Assembly (NCBI RefSeq): GCF_000497125.1
Contig: NC_090602.1
Coordinates: 1,302,001 to 1,366,000 of the forward strand
DNA from: Spironucleus salmonicida
Lineage: Eukaryota
Reading direction: 5' to 3'
Length of the DNA: 64,000 bases
A program made the position numbers and the translations under genes. The notes under the pieces were generated by a model. The model did not search any database and was not told the DNA's origin. It was given only the letters and a program-made list of their open reading frames with translations. Every line of letters begins with the position of its first letter. Position 1 is the stretch's first letter. This document shows positions 24,036 through 37,723 of the stretch, piece after piece.

Positions 24036-24088
24036 ATGATGAATCTTCCTACCCTCTCAATACTGAGGATAAAATGAAGCCTATCTGA
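24036..24088 (+). ncRNA. Candidate box C/D snoRNA
   Basis: Intergenic; box C ATGATGA (24036), D' CTGA (24063), C'-like ATGAAG (24074), box D CTGA (24085). Confidence 0.55.
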
Positions 24089-24105
24089 TTTCTAATTATA
24101 TATAA

Positions 24106-26172
24106 TCAAACAATATTTTCACCTTGTATAATTCTCTTTTCATACTAATCTATAGCCTATCCTTTCAAACGTAGGAAATATTCTCTTTCTTTAAGCTAAA
24201 GTCTACCAACTTCTAGATTACATGCATCACCAAAAGCTTCTAAACTTATTTTAAACAAAATTTCATCTCTAAGATGCTTAATTAATTATTTAACACGTTT
24301 TAGTTTGGATTTTTATATCTTAATTCTATCTTATTTTTCTTATACTGCTTGCTTCTTAAGTTTCAAATATCCCTATTAATCTTGTAACTTAAATTTTTTA
24401 AGGGTCTATTCAACAGTTTCCCCCTAAACTCCTACGTCAGTCTATTCTTCAGTTTAAGTCGAGATTGTATTTGCTTAAGGACTTGAGAAATCTGTTATTT
24501 ATAGTTAACTTCCGCTCAGTTGAGTAAGAAATATATATTTTTGCTACTCAATAACCTATATTCTGTATAGATCATCTCTTGAATTTAGATATTATGGAAA
24601 TGGTGAGATTGTAAGATATTCATAACCTTTATCAAAAGAAAACGAGAAATAAAAGGGAATAGAATATTGTAAGTTTTAGTCTGATTTATATCCAAATGAA
24701 CTAGATTTGAATAACTGGATAACGTCGTAATTTTCACTTAATGAAATCGTATATGAGGCTGGTGCAAAAAGTGTTTACTATATGATGAATGTTTTATAAA
24801 AATGTCTTTTAGACGAGGTTAAGCCGACCAAACTTTAAAGATATAAACTTAATTTTTCATTTGTAATCCCAGAGTAATCTATGAAATCTTAAATAGATGG
24901 TATTTCAACTGATAAAGAACAAATATTATTAGGATGCTAAATTGACGTAACAAATATATTTTATATAAGGGCTACTGATGAGTTTACAGTATTTAGGTGC
25001 TAAAATGCTTCTTTATTTATGTTTATAAAACCGATAGCTGAAGACTCGAATGATATAGGAAGAACTGACATTCTTGAAGCGAATTAGTTGGAATCTGCAA
25101 ACGGCGTGAGACGTGTAATACTTGAGCCCTTTGTATCAATTGTGGTACAATTATTTAATTGAAGTATAATTTATATCTTACCCGGCGATGTTTTTTCCAT
25201 TGGGGACCAATTAGAATAATTTTAGTTAATCAGCGAGGAAAAAGGTTTAATAATAGTATTATCAACACAATGAGATAATTCACATGGCATGTTGAAAGGT
25301 TTCAAAGAGTTAAACATAGACCATTATCCTAGCAACAATTTCTCTAAATTAACCAGATGAGTACTCTGATTAGAGATATCATACTATTATGTCTACATGG
25401 ATTGTTAATTTTTGAAGAATACTAAAATATCGATATATTCAATTAGAGAATTGCTAGGTTTCAGTCTTGGAATATTAAATGATAAGTTTAAAGAAGAGTT
25501 TTCTATGTTATATTTCTCCATGGATATGTAAATTTATAGTGAAAATAATGTAAGCTATATATTTAATAGTTAAATCATTATATGCAAAGTAAAATGATCT
25601 TATTAGTCCGCATATTATAATTACTGGGTAGATACAATTGGAATATATTATAATTATCCCTCTTATAGAGGCACCTGCTAAGAATAATCCATAAATTAAA
25701 AAATAACAGATTAGGGCTGTAATATTTGTTGAGATTTAGGTAAAATCCATTCATGCTGTTGATAATTCAATAATGGAAAAGATATATATTTTAAATTGAA
25801 ATCTTAACAATATTCTTTGTAGAAAGTTTTCAAATTCATATTAATACCTTTTTCCTAAAATGTTATTTCGGAAATATTAGAGATGGACGATAATTTAAAT
25901 TAATATTCATGTAAAGTTATTACTAACTTTTGCTTTTATTCATACAAAGTAAATTATAAAAAGTAAGAAAGATCTGATAAATTAAAAATATTAGGAATTT
26001 TAAAATCAAATAACTGTTGTTTTAATGATAAAGGAACTATTATAGAGTTAGATATATATGGTATATTTAAAGGATTAATATTATCAGAAATGCATAACTT
26101 TAGGTTTATTTGATTGCATTGAGGATAAAGAGTTAAATTCAGTGAGTTGAAGTAGATTGTAAATTTATTCAT
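24106..26172 (-). CDS. Hypothetical protein, about 688 aa
   Basis: Frame stays open with TAR=Gln wherever checked, from MNKFTIYF to GENIV TGA. Confidence 0.6.
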
Positions 26173-26583
26173 TATTTTTATGACTGATTTTAACAATATA
26201 ATAAATAATAGTATAGGGTTTATTCAAAGATAATGATTTTATCTGCTACTGCAAATCTTTAAACTAATTGATAATTTAAAATATACGATAATTAAGTTAT
26301 AAATATAAATTAAATATATATAACAATAAAATGGAAATTTATATCTCTGTAATCGTAATCATAATATGTTGATATCTAAGGTTGTACATATTCAACAGCA
26401 ACATCAATTTATATATATTTGAGAAGATCATTCGAAAGATACACTCTACGCTAAGCAGTAAGACTCATCCGTACTAATCATTTGATTACCGAAGGAGTGA
26501 AAATAGCAAAGACATTCAAATTCTGAAATTTCTATTTTTAATTAATTATATATAATATTGGTCTCCTCTAAAACAATTAACTA

Positions 26584-28470
26584 ATGATCCCCCTGTTATA
26601 TCTCACTACACTTAAACCGCACATCTAATACCCTCTGATGAAACAACCTAAACATTAGATTAAAACATATATAGCATAATAAATTAAGAATGCTAACGTA
26701 CCACCATCTACTACTCCACCGTCAGTTCTCGTTGTACCAGGTTTTGCGGACTCTGATAATGCTGATAGAGGTATTGCAGCATCTTTAAAAACAGTAGCAG
26801 CCACAATAGATCAATATGATACTATTATTATTGTAGGTGCCCATTTTCCAGACACGTGCGGATCATCACCACCGTCTCGACCTTTGACCGCCTGGTGGGG
26901 GGACGAAGTGGAAACTTCATTAGGAAATTTTGATGTGGATGTTGATTTACGCGCAAAATTCGGACGATCAACTGGTTAAATATAACAAGATAACATCACA
27001 GATGAGTTGGTTTCGGAAAGTAGTTTTTACGATTAAATTTTCTTGTGGACACGTGCTCTATTTCCTGATAAAAAACCTAAAACTAAAGTCCTTCCATTGC
27101 TCATTCATGCCACTTTGCGCGATTAAGTATAGTTTTCGGCTTAAGTGCTTAGCGATAACTTATTTAAGCCAGCCGAAGGCGGATAATATGGAGTCGCAGG
27201 TGATGGCAAAAGATACTTGGTCATCATACCTATTTAGGTATCATAAGGATTGGAATTATATTAAAATATTTATATTGAGAATATTTTGCTAGATTTAACG
27301 TTTAACAATAAAGTGCAAGATTTTGAGTAATGGCTTTATTATTTGACTGGTAATACTGGAGCTACATTCTCTAAAACTATTGCAAGCTAGATTTTAGTTG
27401 TCAGATTAAGTTAATTAGCTTCTAGGGCAGTTCCTCACAATAAACCGACTGATCCTAACTGGGAATGGCGAATGTTAGATTATTATACAACTTATGATAG
27501 TTTAATGGATATACAAAAAATGAAGGATTCAGATTATATTTCTATTGACGAAGATTAATTAGAAAAAACAAGTAAAGTTTTCACTGAAGAGAACGACTCT
27601 CCAAAGGGGCATTATATTTATTATTCGATGTCGCTTAGTTTAGAACCCCCTCTGCATTAATCATAGACAACAAAAGGCAAAACTGCAAAAATGCCAGTAC
27701 CAGTTTCTTCACCTGAACCGTTTTCTTAGGGAGCTATGAATGAGCTAATGATTGCTGCTCAATTAACAATGCAAGGGAAAAAATATAATAAAAAAGAAGA
27801 ATTCTAAAAGTATAAATCGCTGTTGGCAAAACCTGCTCCATTTTCAATTAGAGTATATGTTCTAGCAGATCATTCACATGAGTAGTAAATAATTAACGAT
27901 ATGATTAAGAAAAACGTTTTTAATGATCCTAATCACATTAAGAATTTAACAGGGTGTTGTGAAGAACGTGTTTTATTTGAAGAGAAAATTGTGAACTTCT
28001 TCCCTAACGAATCTGTTATTCAAAGTGTAATTTCTAACACGAAAAAATTATATTAGGAAAAATTATCATATTCTTCTTTAAGAAAATTCGAGAAGCAGTT
28101 GTAATAAAAGTATAAAGAATTAGTTGCATCTGGTGATCTTCCTAAGAGTAAATTAAAGGAGTTAGACTTTAATCTTAAACAAAATTTAATTATTGAGATC
28201 TAGGTTTTCCACTCTTGGGAGTATACTGAGTTATTTAAGCTTACAGAAGCTAAAGGCTCATTCATTACCCTTTGGGATGGAAAGACCGCAGTATGTGAAG
28301 TGCCTGATACTAGGCCAGGTGTTCCACATATCATATTCTTTAGACTAACCCAGTGTTCTCTTAAGGCCGGGTTAGAGCCATGGGATTGGTAGCGTGCAAA
28401 AGTTCATACTTATTCTCGTACTCGCTTAACAAAGCCAGTCTGGTAATTTGTACCTAAAGATGAACTCTGA
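26584..28470 (+). CDS. Memo (AmmeMemoRadiSam B) plus AMMECR1 (AmmeMemoRadiSam A) fusion with C-terminal KDEL, 628 aa
   Basis: Memo-like TIIIVGAHF, W...VETSLGNFDVDVDL, KVLPLLI; AMMECR1-like LTGCC, IIEIQV, KAGLEPWDW; ends PKDEL TGA. Confidence 0.72.
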
Positions 28471-28509
28471 TTGATTTTAATTATTCTACTAAAATTTATA
28501 ACCTCTCAC

Positions 28510-30123
28510 TCAGTTCCAGTCACCTTATCCTGCTTCTTGTGGGTTAGGGCCGCCTGCCTGCTTTCTCATGATAACCTGATCAACTCTTAAAATACTGCAC
28601 GCAGCGTCACATCCAACACGGATGGCCCAGTTCTTAACGGCATAGCTATCGTATATGTGTTTTTCAGAGGGATTAATAAAATCATGGTCAGATTCAATAT
28701 CTACACCTCTGATGTTACCTTTACTATATTCAGCAATTAGGTTATTAACAACAATGTCAGATTTCTGCCCGCTGGTCTCAGCCAATACTCTAGGTACTAC
28801 TTCTAAAGCTTCAGCAAAAGCTCTAATACCGTATTATTCTAAACCAGTTGTATTCATTGCAATTTTCTTTAGTTCAGCGGAAAGAGCAAGTTCAGTAGCA
28901 CCTGCGCCTGGTAAAAATCTACCATCTGTCATAGCGGCCTTAGCTACGTTAACACCATTGCCTAAAGCTACAGCAGCATCATTTAAGAAGTTGTCTGTGG
29001 CAGCACGAATAACAACAGTCGAAATAGACTTAGAACCTTCATCTTTAACGATTAATACTTTCTTGTCACCAATTTCATCTACATAAAGTTCTTCAGCTGC
29101 ACCTAGTACGGACATACGTTCAGGAAGTCTGCAAGTTGTCATAAGCTCAGCATTAACAGATAAAGCAAAACGACGCACTTCATACTTAGATGCAATTTTA
29201 ATAGCCATCATGCCATATTTATTACAAAAATGAATAGCAAGTTCATGGAAATTATATTGAGAGACAAGAGTAGTGATTCCTGCATTTTTGAAGCTTAAAA
29301 TCAATTCTTCATATGCTTTTTCCTCAGAACTATTTAAGTTCTTCAAGTCCTCAGCATTTTCGAGTAAAATGGTACCTTTGGTCTCAGTTTCTCTAAGTTC
29401 AACGGGGCATCCAAAAACAGCAATCTTAGTATTTGTTTATTTGTTAACACTACCTCTTGGAAGAGCAGGAACGACAAAGCCTTTAACTACAAAACTATCC
29501 TCAATACCACAACCAGCTACTTTAGCAACCCTGACATGATCAGGATTGAAATCACCGTCCTTAGTGATTAAGAAAACGGCATCTATAACAAGTTTGGCAA
29601 TAATATCTTCATAACCATATTACTTAGCGGAAACAGCAGATTTAATGATCTGCGATAGTTTTTCACGGTCATCCGACTTTGCAGTTTCTGTGATAAGAGA
29701 TTAAAGAAGATCAGGAATAAGCGACTAAACTGTTTCGTATCCAGAGACAATATCAACAACTGGAATACCTTACTTAAGAAGATTTTCGGCATTGTTTAGG
29801 AGTTCACCGGCAAGTGAAATAACTAAATTAGTGCCATCACCATATTCAAGAGCTTGATTTTATGCTGCCATAACAAGCATTTTAGCCGCTGGGTGACGAA
29901 TTTCTAATTCTGATGTAAGCTATGCAGCGTTTTTGGTGATGATAAGCTTTTCCAGATGTGTAACAATCATTTTGAAAAGGCCTTAAGGCCCCATTGAAGT
30001 TCTGGAGATAGACGCAAGCTCTCGGCATGCATTAATATTACCGTATATGGCTTCATCTGTACCTTGGAGATTTCTAGTACCACCTTTTAACATAGATTAA
30101 AGACCGACTGTTGGTACTGACAT
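28510..30123 (-). CDS. CCT8: T-complex protein 1 subunit theta, 537 aa
   Basis: RTSMGPQGLFKMIV, HPAAKML, EYGDGTN, PGAGATE, LRVDQVIMRKQAGGP. Confidence 0.96.
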
Positions 30124-30213
30124 TTGAAAGGGTAAGGAAATTTTTAAGTAAATTAATAAATATTAAAATATAATAATATAATTAAAACTCAACTGTGGAA
30201 AATAAATTTTATA

Positions 30214-32154
30214 TCAAAATTCACTGCTGTCCATTTGATCTAAAAGATCCATTAATTACGTCCTCTATTATCCCTATACTTCTTATATGTCATGGATACT
30301 TAGCTCATCAAATTCATCATCCGTTTAGTTTTTATCTACTTCATTGGAATCATTTCTCACTGTTTAATCAGTCGATAAGAATCTGTGCACCAACAATTTT
30401 TCTTATTCAATAGGATATTACTTTGTAGAATCTTCTCTAGCTAGTTCTAGCCCAAGATTAATATCACTTTCTCCAAAAATTGAATCTAGTTCAGTTTACG
30501 TTTAGGATACATCTATAATAATAGGTCTATTCATTTTATCTTGCCTTCGTAACTCATCAATTGTTGGAAGAGCGATGAATTTACTTATATTTTCATTACC
30601 AAAAGAGTTTTTGACCAATTTCTCATGAATAACCTCATTTTATGCCAAAATTTCACCAAATTAAATATTAATTTCTTTAAATTCATCTTTTAGTATTTTT
30701 AAGAGGTCAAGATCGCCATTTACACTTTCAATCTCTAACCCGCATGATTTTTATTCCAAAACATCATATAAATCACCATCAACCTAAAATAATTCCTTTC
30801 CACCAATAACTTAGGTTAGGCCTCTCTTAAATAATTATCTTTACACTATTTTTTCATCTATACATGCTCTAAATACCATTTTATACACTATAACTTCAGA
30901 TTTTCCACCCAGTCTCCATGCTCGTGCTACTGCTTATTCTTCAATTTATGGATTCCAGTGGGGACTCACAATGATTACTCGCTGAGCAGCCTATAAATTA
31001 AGCCCTAATGCTCCGATTTTCATAGAAAGAACACATATAAATACATCTTTATCACTTTGGAATCTTTGTTATAGAGCATCACGTTGCAGAGATGGTATCT
31101 CTCCGGTAATTAATAGCGAATTAAGAGATGCCTGTAATGTTTTGAGAGTTGAAATATTCTCTGCAAAAATAAGAGTTTTAAGATGTTTAGTGGCAAAAAA
31201 ACTAGCCATTTTGATAATTATTGCTAATTTTTAAGTTTCTGTGCATATTTTAAGCTTTTAGATTTATGAAAAAACATGATCTTAATTTTTGTTTTCAATC
31301 TAATTTTGATACTCTACTCTATTTGGTAAATTTGCCCATACAATTATTTCTTGTTTATTTGTAAGTTTCGATTTAATTTGATTTTTGGTAAATCTAAGCA
31401 TAATTTCTGCTAGCTTTTCTGCGATGCGCCGTTCACACTCCATAGAAAGCTAATCTGGTGGATTCTTTTCAATATTCTTTATATAATGTTTCTAAAATTA
31501 TTTTTGGTCTCCAAAAAAATTAGGGACAGCAAATTAAACAATGGCAAATAGTTCTGTTAATGAGTTCATTATCGGTGTACCAGTAAGTGCGATTTTAAAA
31601 GCTTAGTGAGGAAACTGGGTAAGATGTTTGAAATTCTATGAATTGGTATTTTTTAATTCAGTAGCTTCGTCTGCTACTAAAATATCAAATTTTAAGCTTA
31701 CTAATAAATTAAAATTTCTGATCACGGATTAATAAGATGAAATAATAATGAGCTAGGTAAATTTAGATGCATTCGCTAAAATATCTAGCTTTTATTTTGC
31801 AGATCCATCTAAAATTAATACGTTAACATTGTTGCACCATGTTAAAATATGCTACTTCCACTATATAATAAGTGATTTTGGTGCTATAATGAGAGCCTTT
31901 TTGATCTAACAGTTAGCAAATTAAATATATAGAAAATGCGAAATAATAACAGTTTTTCCCAAACCGGGTTCATGACCTATTAAAACCCCTGAAGGGGCAA
32001 AATTGAGTTGATTTGCCATGTTTAACGAGTATTTTTAAAATGTTTAATGGTTCGAGAATGATATATTAATAAAATTTACAGTTTATTTTTGATATGAAAA
32101 TAAAGAATTAGCTTACTAATTTACTAGTTCTAGTAATTTTGTTTATACTGACAT
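30214..32154 (-). CDS. SNF2-family helicase (Rad26/ERCC6-like), 646 aa
   Basis: GHEPGLGKT, LVADEA, LTGTPIMNSL.EL, GLNLQAAQRVI..SPHWNP..EEQAVARAWRLG. Confidence 0.92.
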
Positions 32155-32326
32155 TTTTAATATAGTTATCTACTAAAATATATAATAACTAATATAACTT
32201 AAAGTATTAAAATTAATATTAAGATATAATTTTTCAATAATAATTTTATCTCCCTAATCAGTTAAAATAAAATTTAACTTTATTAACATATAATTTATGC
32301 ATTATATTGTGTTTACCCACTCCTTA

Positions 32327-32608
32327 ATGTCAGATATTGAGAAGAAGATCGACGATTTAACAATTATAGCTAAAAATGCTTCTAATAAATAGGACAAAGA
32401 CTTACTTGTCTAAGTAATGCGCTAATTAGTAGACGTACGTGCAGTTCTTTAGTAGGCTTAGATTAAAGAGAATGAATTAATGGAATCAAATGAGTTGCTA
32501 ACTAAAGAAGTAACATAACTCAAAGAGACTATTTTAAATAGAGAATATTAAATCACACACTTAAGCAGAAATTTAAAAACCTATATGGAAAAGGATGAGG
32601 TCAAATGA
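32327..32608 (+). CDS. Small coiled-coil protein, 93 aa
   Basis: CCACTCC just upstream; heptad-like sequence ending KREYQITHLSRNL...VK TGA. Confidence 0.7.
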
Positions 32609-32669
32609 TTCAAATAACTCTATTATATCATTATAATTATAATTTATGATAATAAATTCCTTCCTTAAA

Positions 32670-33248
32670 ATGTCACTTCTGCTTCCAGGTGGTAAAAAGA
32701 ATGCTTATATTTAGAACAATCTTCAAAAAATACATACCATTTTCCCTGATGGTTCAGAATGTATAGAAGAGTTTCATACCACAGAATAACTATATGTCAG
32801 CAGAAAATGGAGGAAAGTAGACCAAATGGGCAGATTATCAGACTGGTCAGTAGAAATTGGAGAAGTAGAGCAGAAAAAAGAAATTTTCACTGGATTATTC
32901 GAATCAGCAGATACTCCAATTGTCAACCGCTTAGATTCAGAAGGGTATTATATTTTTAAAATAACCAACCTACCACCTCCAGAGTCGAACTACAGAGTAG
33001 ATGTTGATGCCAAGGACCTTATTATTAGGACCACCAACAAAAAGTACTTCAAAAAGATCCAAATCAACGACTTAGAGTGGTAGAACATCCCCCTCGTGCA
33101 GCAATTTGTTAAAGTAAAGCACCACAATAACTGCCTAATGGTTTTCTACTAGAAGCCCCCTGGTATGGTCCAGTTTGAAAAAGCAGCACGCCAGGCGCGC
33201 CTCCAGGGCTTCTAAAACAAGAAGGAGGGTGAGTGCCCGGGCCAGTGA
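32670..33248 (+). CDS. DPCD: DPCD family protein, 192 aa
   Basis: KIHTIFPDGSECIEEF, RKWRK, W.VEIGE, IIRTTNKKYFKKI, ends ECPGQ. Confidence 0.9.
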
Positions 33249-33257
33249 TAACTTTCC

Positions 33258-34649
33258 TCACTCGTACGCCTGCATCATTATTTTCAGCTTCGCCAGCCTG
33301 CTCTGCATATTGCTGAGCTCTTGGAACGTCGCGGACAGCAGCCTGCGAATTTCCTCGACCTCCGCTTTCCGCAGCTTGTAGTCGCCGGTTTTGCTCAGAT
33401 TTATCGCGTCCATGCGCCGCTTCAGCCCATTTCGCTCCTGCTGCACTCTGTATATTTTCTCCTCCAGGAGCCGCCGCGTGACGCCGAGCTTGGCCTTTTC
33501 CTGCATTTTGGCCTGTTTCGACGTTGCTTTTGGCTTCTCGGGCCGGTTGCGCAGGATACCGCACTTCTCGTTCACGCGCTCGAACTCACGCTCGATTTCA
33601 GCGCTCAGCTGCCGCTTCTGGACTGGGCTGAAGACGCTCGGATTGAGGCTCTCGAAGTCGACCTCCGAGAAACGCAGCGGTGTCGCGGAGCGCTGCGAAG
33701 CACCGAGATTCGTGCCGTACTTGGTGTTGAGCTACGCCTGCAGGCCATCACCTGGCTGGTTCGCCTCGAAATCGACGTACTTGACGCTAATTTTCGACGC
33801 CGGCCGCGCTGCGAACACGGAGTCCACCTTCACTGCCTGCTTGAAACTAGCATTTTTCTGCCCATTCTGGTCGAACAGGTCGATCTGGCAGTTCACGTTT
33901 CGGTCCTCAAACTCGCACTGCGTGGAGGCCATTTGCTTGTCGGAATCGAGTTTTTGAAGCCAGGTCGATGTGTACTGCTTTTACGACAGAATAATGTTTA
34001 TGTCCTTGTTGTTCTCTTTTTATGTTATTATATTAGTCACGAACGGTGTCAGCGTTTCGTCGTTGATGTTTGAGAGCTATTTGGTGATAATCTAGTTCTA
34101 GAACGTGGTGAGCTCAACTGACCGTTCTCGTAGTGTACTGAATTTCTACTGTTCCTGCTTTATTATATACTCTGTTTTCACTATTTGCTCTCGAAGGGAT
34201 GACTCTTACTAGATAAAACCGATTTTTTGGTAAATTTGGGACTGGCACTGATTTTCTAGGTCTATGTGCTGGTACTTGAAATTTTCAACAAGCTGCTCGC
34301 GTTTCTATTGGTGGGTTTTTTCAAGTGTTAAAAGCTGCTGCTTTTCAATTTGAAAATTATGTAGTAATTCATGTTGCGATTTGATTTTTACGTTTAGCTA
34401 TGTGCTATAATTTTGGTAAAAATCTTCATTTTCTCTTGCTAATTCTTAATTATTTAGATCTATTTATTCTACTTTTTTCTTCAGCCGCTATACTCTTGTT
34501 TCAGAATTTTAATACTCAGAAAGTCTCTATTTTTTCATTGATTCCAACGCTTAAACTCTTTCTTTAAGCTAAATCATTTTGAGTATCAGTTCACCATGCA
34601 AGTCGTTAGTATATGCTACACGGTCAGCCGCATGTATTTTATGATCCAT
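33258..34649 (-). CDS. Coiled-coil hypothetical protein, 463 aa
   Basis: ORFs 33258-33575 and 33732-33932 share a frame with ATG 34649 under TAR=Gln; ends GAG TGA. Confidence 0.7.
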
Positions 34650-34777
34650 TTGAAAAATAGAAATTATAAAAATATTATTATATATAAATATTCACTTTAA
34701 GTAGTTAAAATAATTAACATGTAAATGGTTTCAAATCAGAATGTAAATTGTTATAAAATGGTCTGGTTCATCAATTA

Positions 34778-35116
34778 TCACTCAATCTGCTGGATGGTGA
34801 GTTAAACACCGGCGGGGTTCTTGCAGGTCTTGAAGAGTTCTTAAAGTTCCTCAGGAGAAGAAGTAACGTTGAATGTTCTCTTATATAAACGGAGTTCATA
34901 ACGATCCCATGTATTAGAACCATTACCGCAAGGGGATTTACGGGTGGTGATAGCGAGTCTTTTAACGGGAAGTCTAGTAGCACCAGAAATCTTGACATTG
35001 CAACCTTCAGTGCTCTGCTTGAGTTTACGGCAGAAGTTTTCTACAAGAGGAAGGTCCTTAGCGACGAGGACTAATTTGTAAGTCAAAGTTTGGGATACTT
35101 TCTTATCTTCGGCCAT
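34778..35116 (-). CDS. RPS20: 40S ribosomal protein S20 (uS10), 112 aa
   Basis: RLPVKRLAITTRKSPCGNGSNTWDRYELRLYKR; extends past TAA to GAG TGA. Confidence 0.96.
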
Positions 35117-35484
35117 GGCGTTGGAGTGGAAATAGCAAAATGAAATGGAAAGTAATATATATTAAAAATGTATAATAATAGGATCTGAAAGGGTATAGAT
35201 GCAATATGTATAAATTATTAAAAAAATAAATATATATTTAATCATAATATCTAAAAAAGATAATCTTAGACATTTATAATAATAATCAAATACCAGTTAA
35301 GTATATATATAAACATAAAATATTGTAGAAAGTAACTTAGCATATATATATTTAATTCTAAATAAATCCACATTAACTTTGATAGATGATAATATACTAT
35401 TAATACGTTAAGTGTATTCAACATATTAACAAAACAACATATAATATATAGATAGTTGTATTATGTATAATCAATTCCGCATTT

Positions 35485-36147
35485 ATGGACGGTGATTGTT
35501 TACAATTAAAACAAAATCCAGGTCCTGGTACATACGCTATTAAGTCAGTGATGGGCGATGGATGTAAATTTTCAATGGCTTCTAGAACTAATTTTAATGA
35601 TCCTATCGCTGCAAAAAGAACTCCTGGTCCTGATCCAGGTGCATATTCTATTCCGTCTACTTTTGGTAAAGGTAGAGCTTCAACATTAGCCGGTAGAACA
35701 AATTTAATCGGAAATAAACATGACGGCCCTTCTCCAAATGCTTATTTACCTAGCCCAAATCGAAGCACAAAAGGTTGTTAACTCGCTGGTAGAACAAAAC
35801 TGCCTGGTTTGGAACCTATGAATATTTCACCAGAACCTGGTCATTATAATATAAAATCAAACTTTGGTGATTCTAGAAAAGTATCTATGGCGGGGAGAAC
35901 TAATTTTAATGATTTTTATAGCACTAAAAACTCTAATTAAGTTAGCCCAGGATAATATGATGTGGCTCATAAAGTAGGCGCAGACTAGCCTTCATTTAGT
36001 ATAAAAGGAAGAATAGCTCAAGATGATACTAAAGCATAATAAAAATCACCAGGCCCGATTTACAACGTTTAAAGTACATTTGGCTCTGGTCCAAAAATAT
36101 CATTAGCTGGAAGGATACCCAAAAGTGGTCTTGTAATATTAGATTGA
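35485..36147 (+). CDS. SHIPPO/ODF3 PGP-repeat axonemal protein, 220 aa
   Basis: Repeated PGPGTY, PDPGAY, PSPNAY, PEPGHY, SPGQY, SPGPIY. Confidence 0.88.
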
Positions 36148-36511
36148 GTATTTTTTAATATTTTATTTGTTGTCAAAAATAGATAAAGCTAAGTTCTTAT
36201 ATTTTATTCTTTTCCCAAATTGTCTAGGCTAAATTATATTATCTAATTATTATGGAAATACTTCGTATCAACAAGCTTACCACCATTTATTCTTATTTTT
36301 AATTCTAAACTCTACAAACTACATACTCTCTCAATTTAGCAGACTCATATTAAGAAATTTTATGTAAGATTACAAATAATCGTTATAATCTATTTTGAAG
36401 AAATAAATCTCAATTATTGTTAAATTAGTCTCAAAATTAAATGAAGCACATAATATTACTAGATGTATGATGAAAAAATATCCATATTCAACTCATCCCC
36501 GTTTAATACAC

Positions 36512-36844
36512 TCATCCTAATAACCTAACTAATTCTAGTTCTCCAAACTCCTCCATAGAGTTACCTCCAGTTTTTGCTAAAATTTCCGCCAAATTTTCGT
36601 CTATTTTTGTTAATTTTAATCGTAACTACTATAGAGACTCAACTTCACTAGCAGTTTCTTCTGCACAGATTTTTGATTTTTAGGTAAGCAAATATTGTTA
36701 TGCAAGAAGAAATAGCTCTTTTTTAGCAAGGGAAAAATTTGTGATTTTAGCTGCTTAAATCTATGATTATATTTCGTCAATTTATATCAGTTATTATTTT
36801 AGTGTTAGTTTTGCCTGTATCGCTTGATTAATAGTTGATTACAT
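36512..36844 (-). CDS. Hypothetical coiled-coil protein, 110 aa
   Basis: Open frame; C-rich CCATTCCAC upstream of the ATG. Confidence 0.5.
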
Positions 36845-37723
36845 TTATTAGAATGTGGAATGGTTCTATAATAATATTATATAATAATATATAAAACATT
36901 ACAATTTAAAATATCATATGGAGTTATTTAAAAAACTGTCAATATATTATAATTAAAATTAAATACACTGAAAAATAATTCTTTAAAACTATAGTCATTT
37001 ATAAGATAAATAATATAACTAATTGATGCCTATATAACAAATGATAAGTGTAATAATGTTTAAAAGGTATTACTTAATATGACAATGTAGAGAATCTTGA
37101 TATTACTTATAAAGTATACTGGTTTTTGAAAATATCATTATCTTCTTAAAATTCATTTTCGTATTAGTAAGGAACTAACTATATAAAATTTCATATATAT
37201 ATCATACTCGTGGAATCTATAATTGGTTCTGTTGTTTCAATTATATTTAACTAGGAACAATATTATATAGGCACAAAAAATAACAAAATATAATTATTAA
37301 TATGATATTTAGTTATTACTAAATAATAGTAATAATTTATGATATAATATCTTAATTTTAAGACTCTTATAGTTGAAAAATATAAGCCATATAGTCTTAT
37401 TTAGGTCATAAATGTTAAACAATTATTTATCATATATTAAACATTACTTTGAATGATTTAATTGAATACAGTAAATATTATCTTACATAAATTTTCGACA
37501 GATATAAAGCGAACGAATATAATGAGACACGCTCTTAAAACAAATTATAACTAAAAAGCATATTAGAATTCTTGACATTCTTAACATAAATTTTATTGAT
37601 ATATAACATATATAATATTTAATTCATTATCTGTCGAAGTAATAAATCCTTATAAATACTTTTCATATTTATCTACTTTTTTATTTTATAATAATATATA
37701 TTAAAGATACTAAATAGCTTGAA

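Noticed and set aside
33109-34073. Overlapping long ORFs of 151, 250 and 188 aa
   Set aside because: By-products of the GC island; the real gene is the - strand frame 33258-34649.
34736-34774. TTGATGA...CTGA pair downstream of RPS20 on the - strand
   Set aside because: Only about 39 nt, overlaps the RPS20 3' end, and has no D'/C' boxes.
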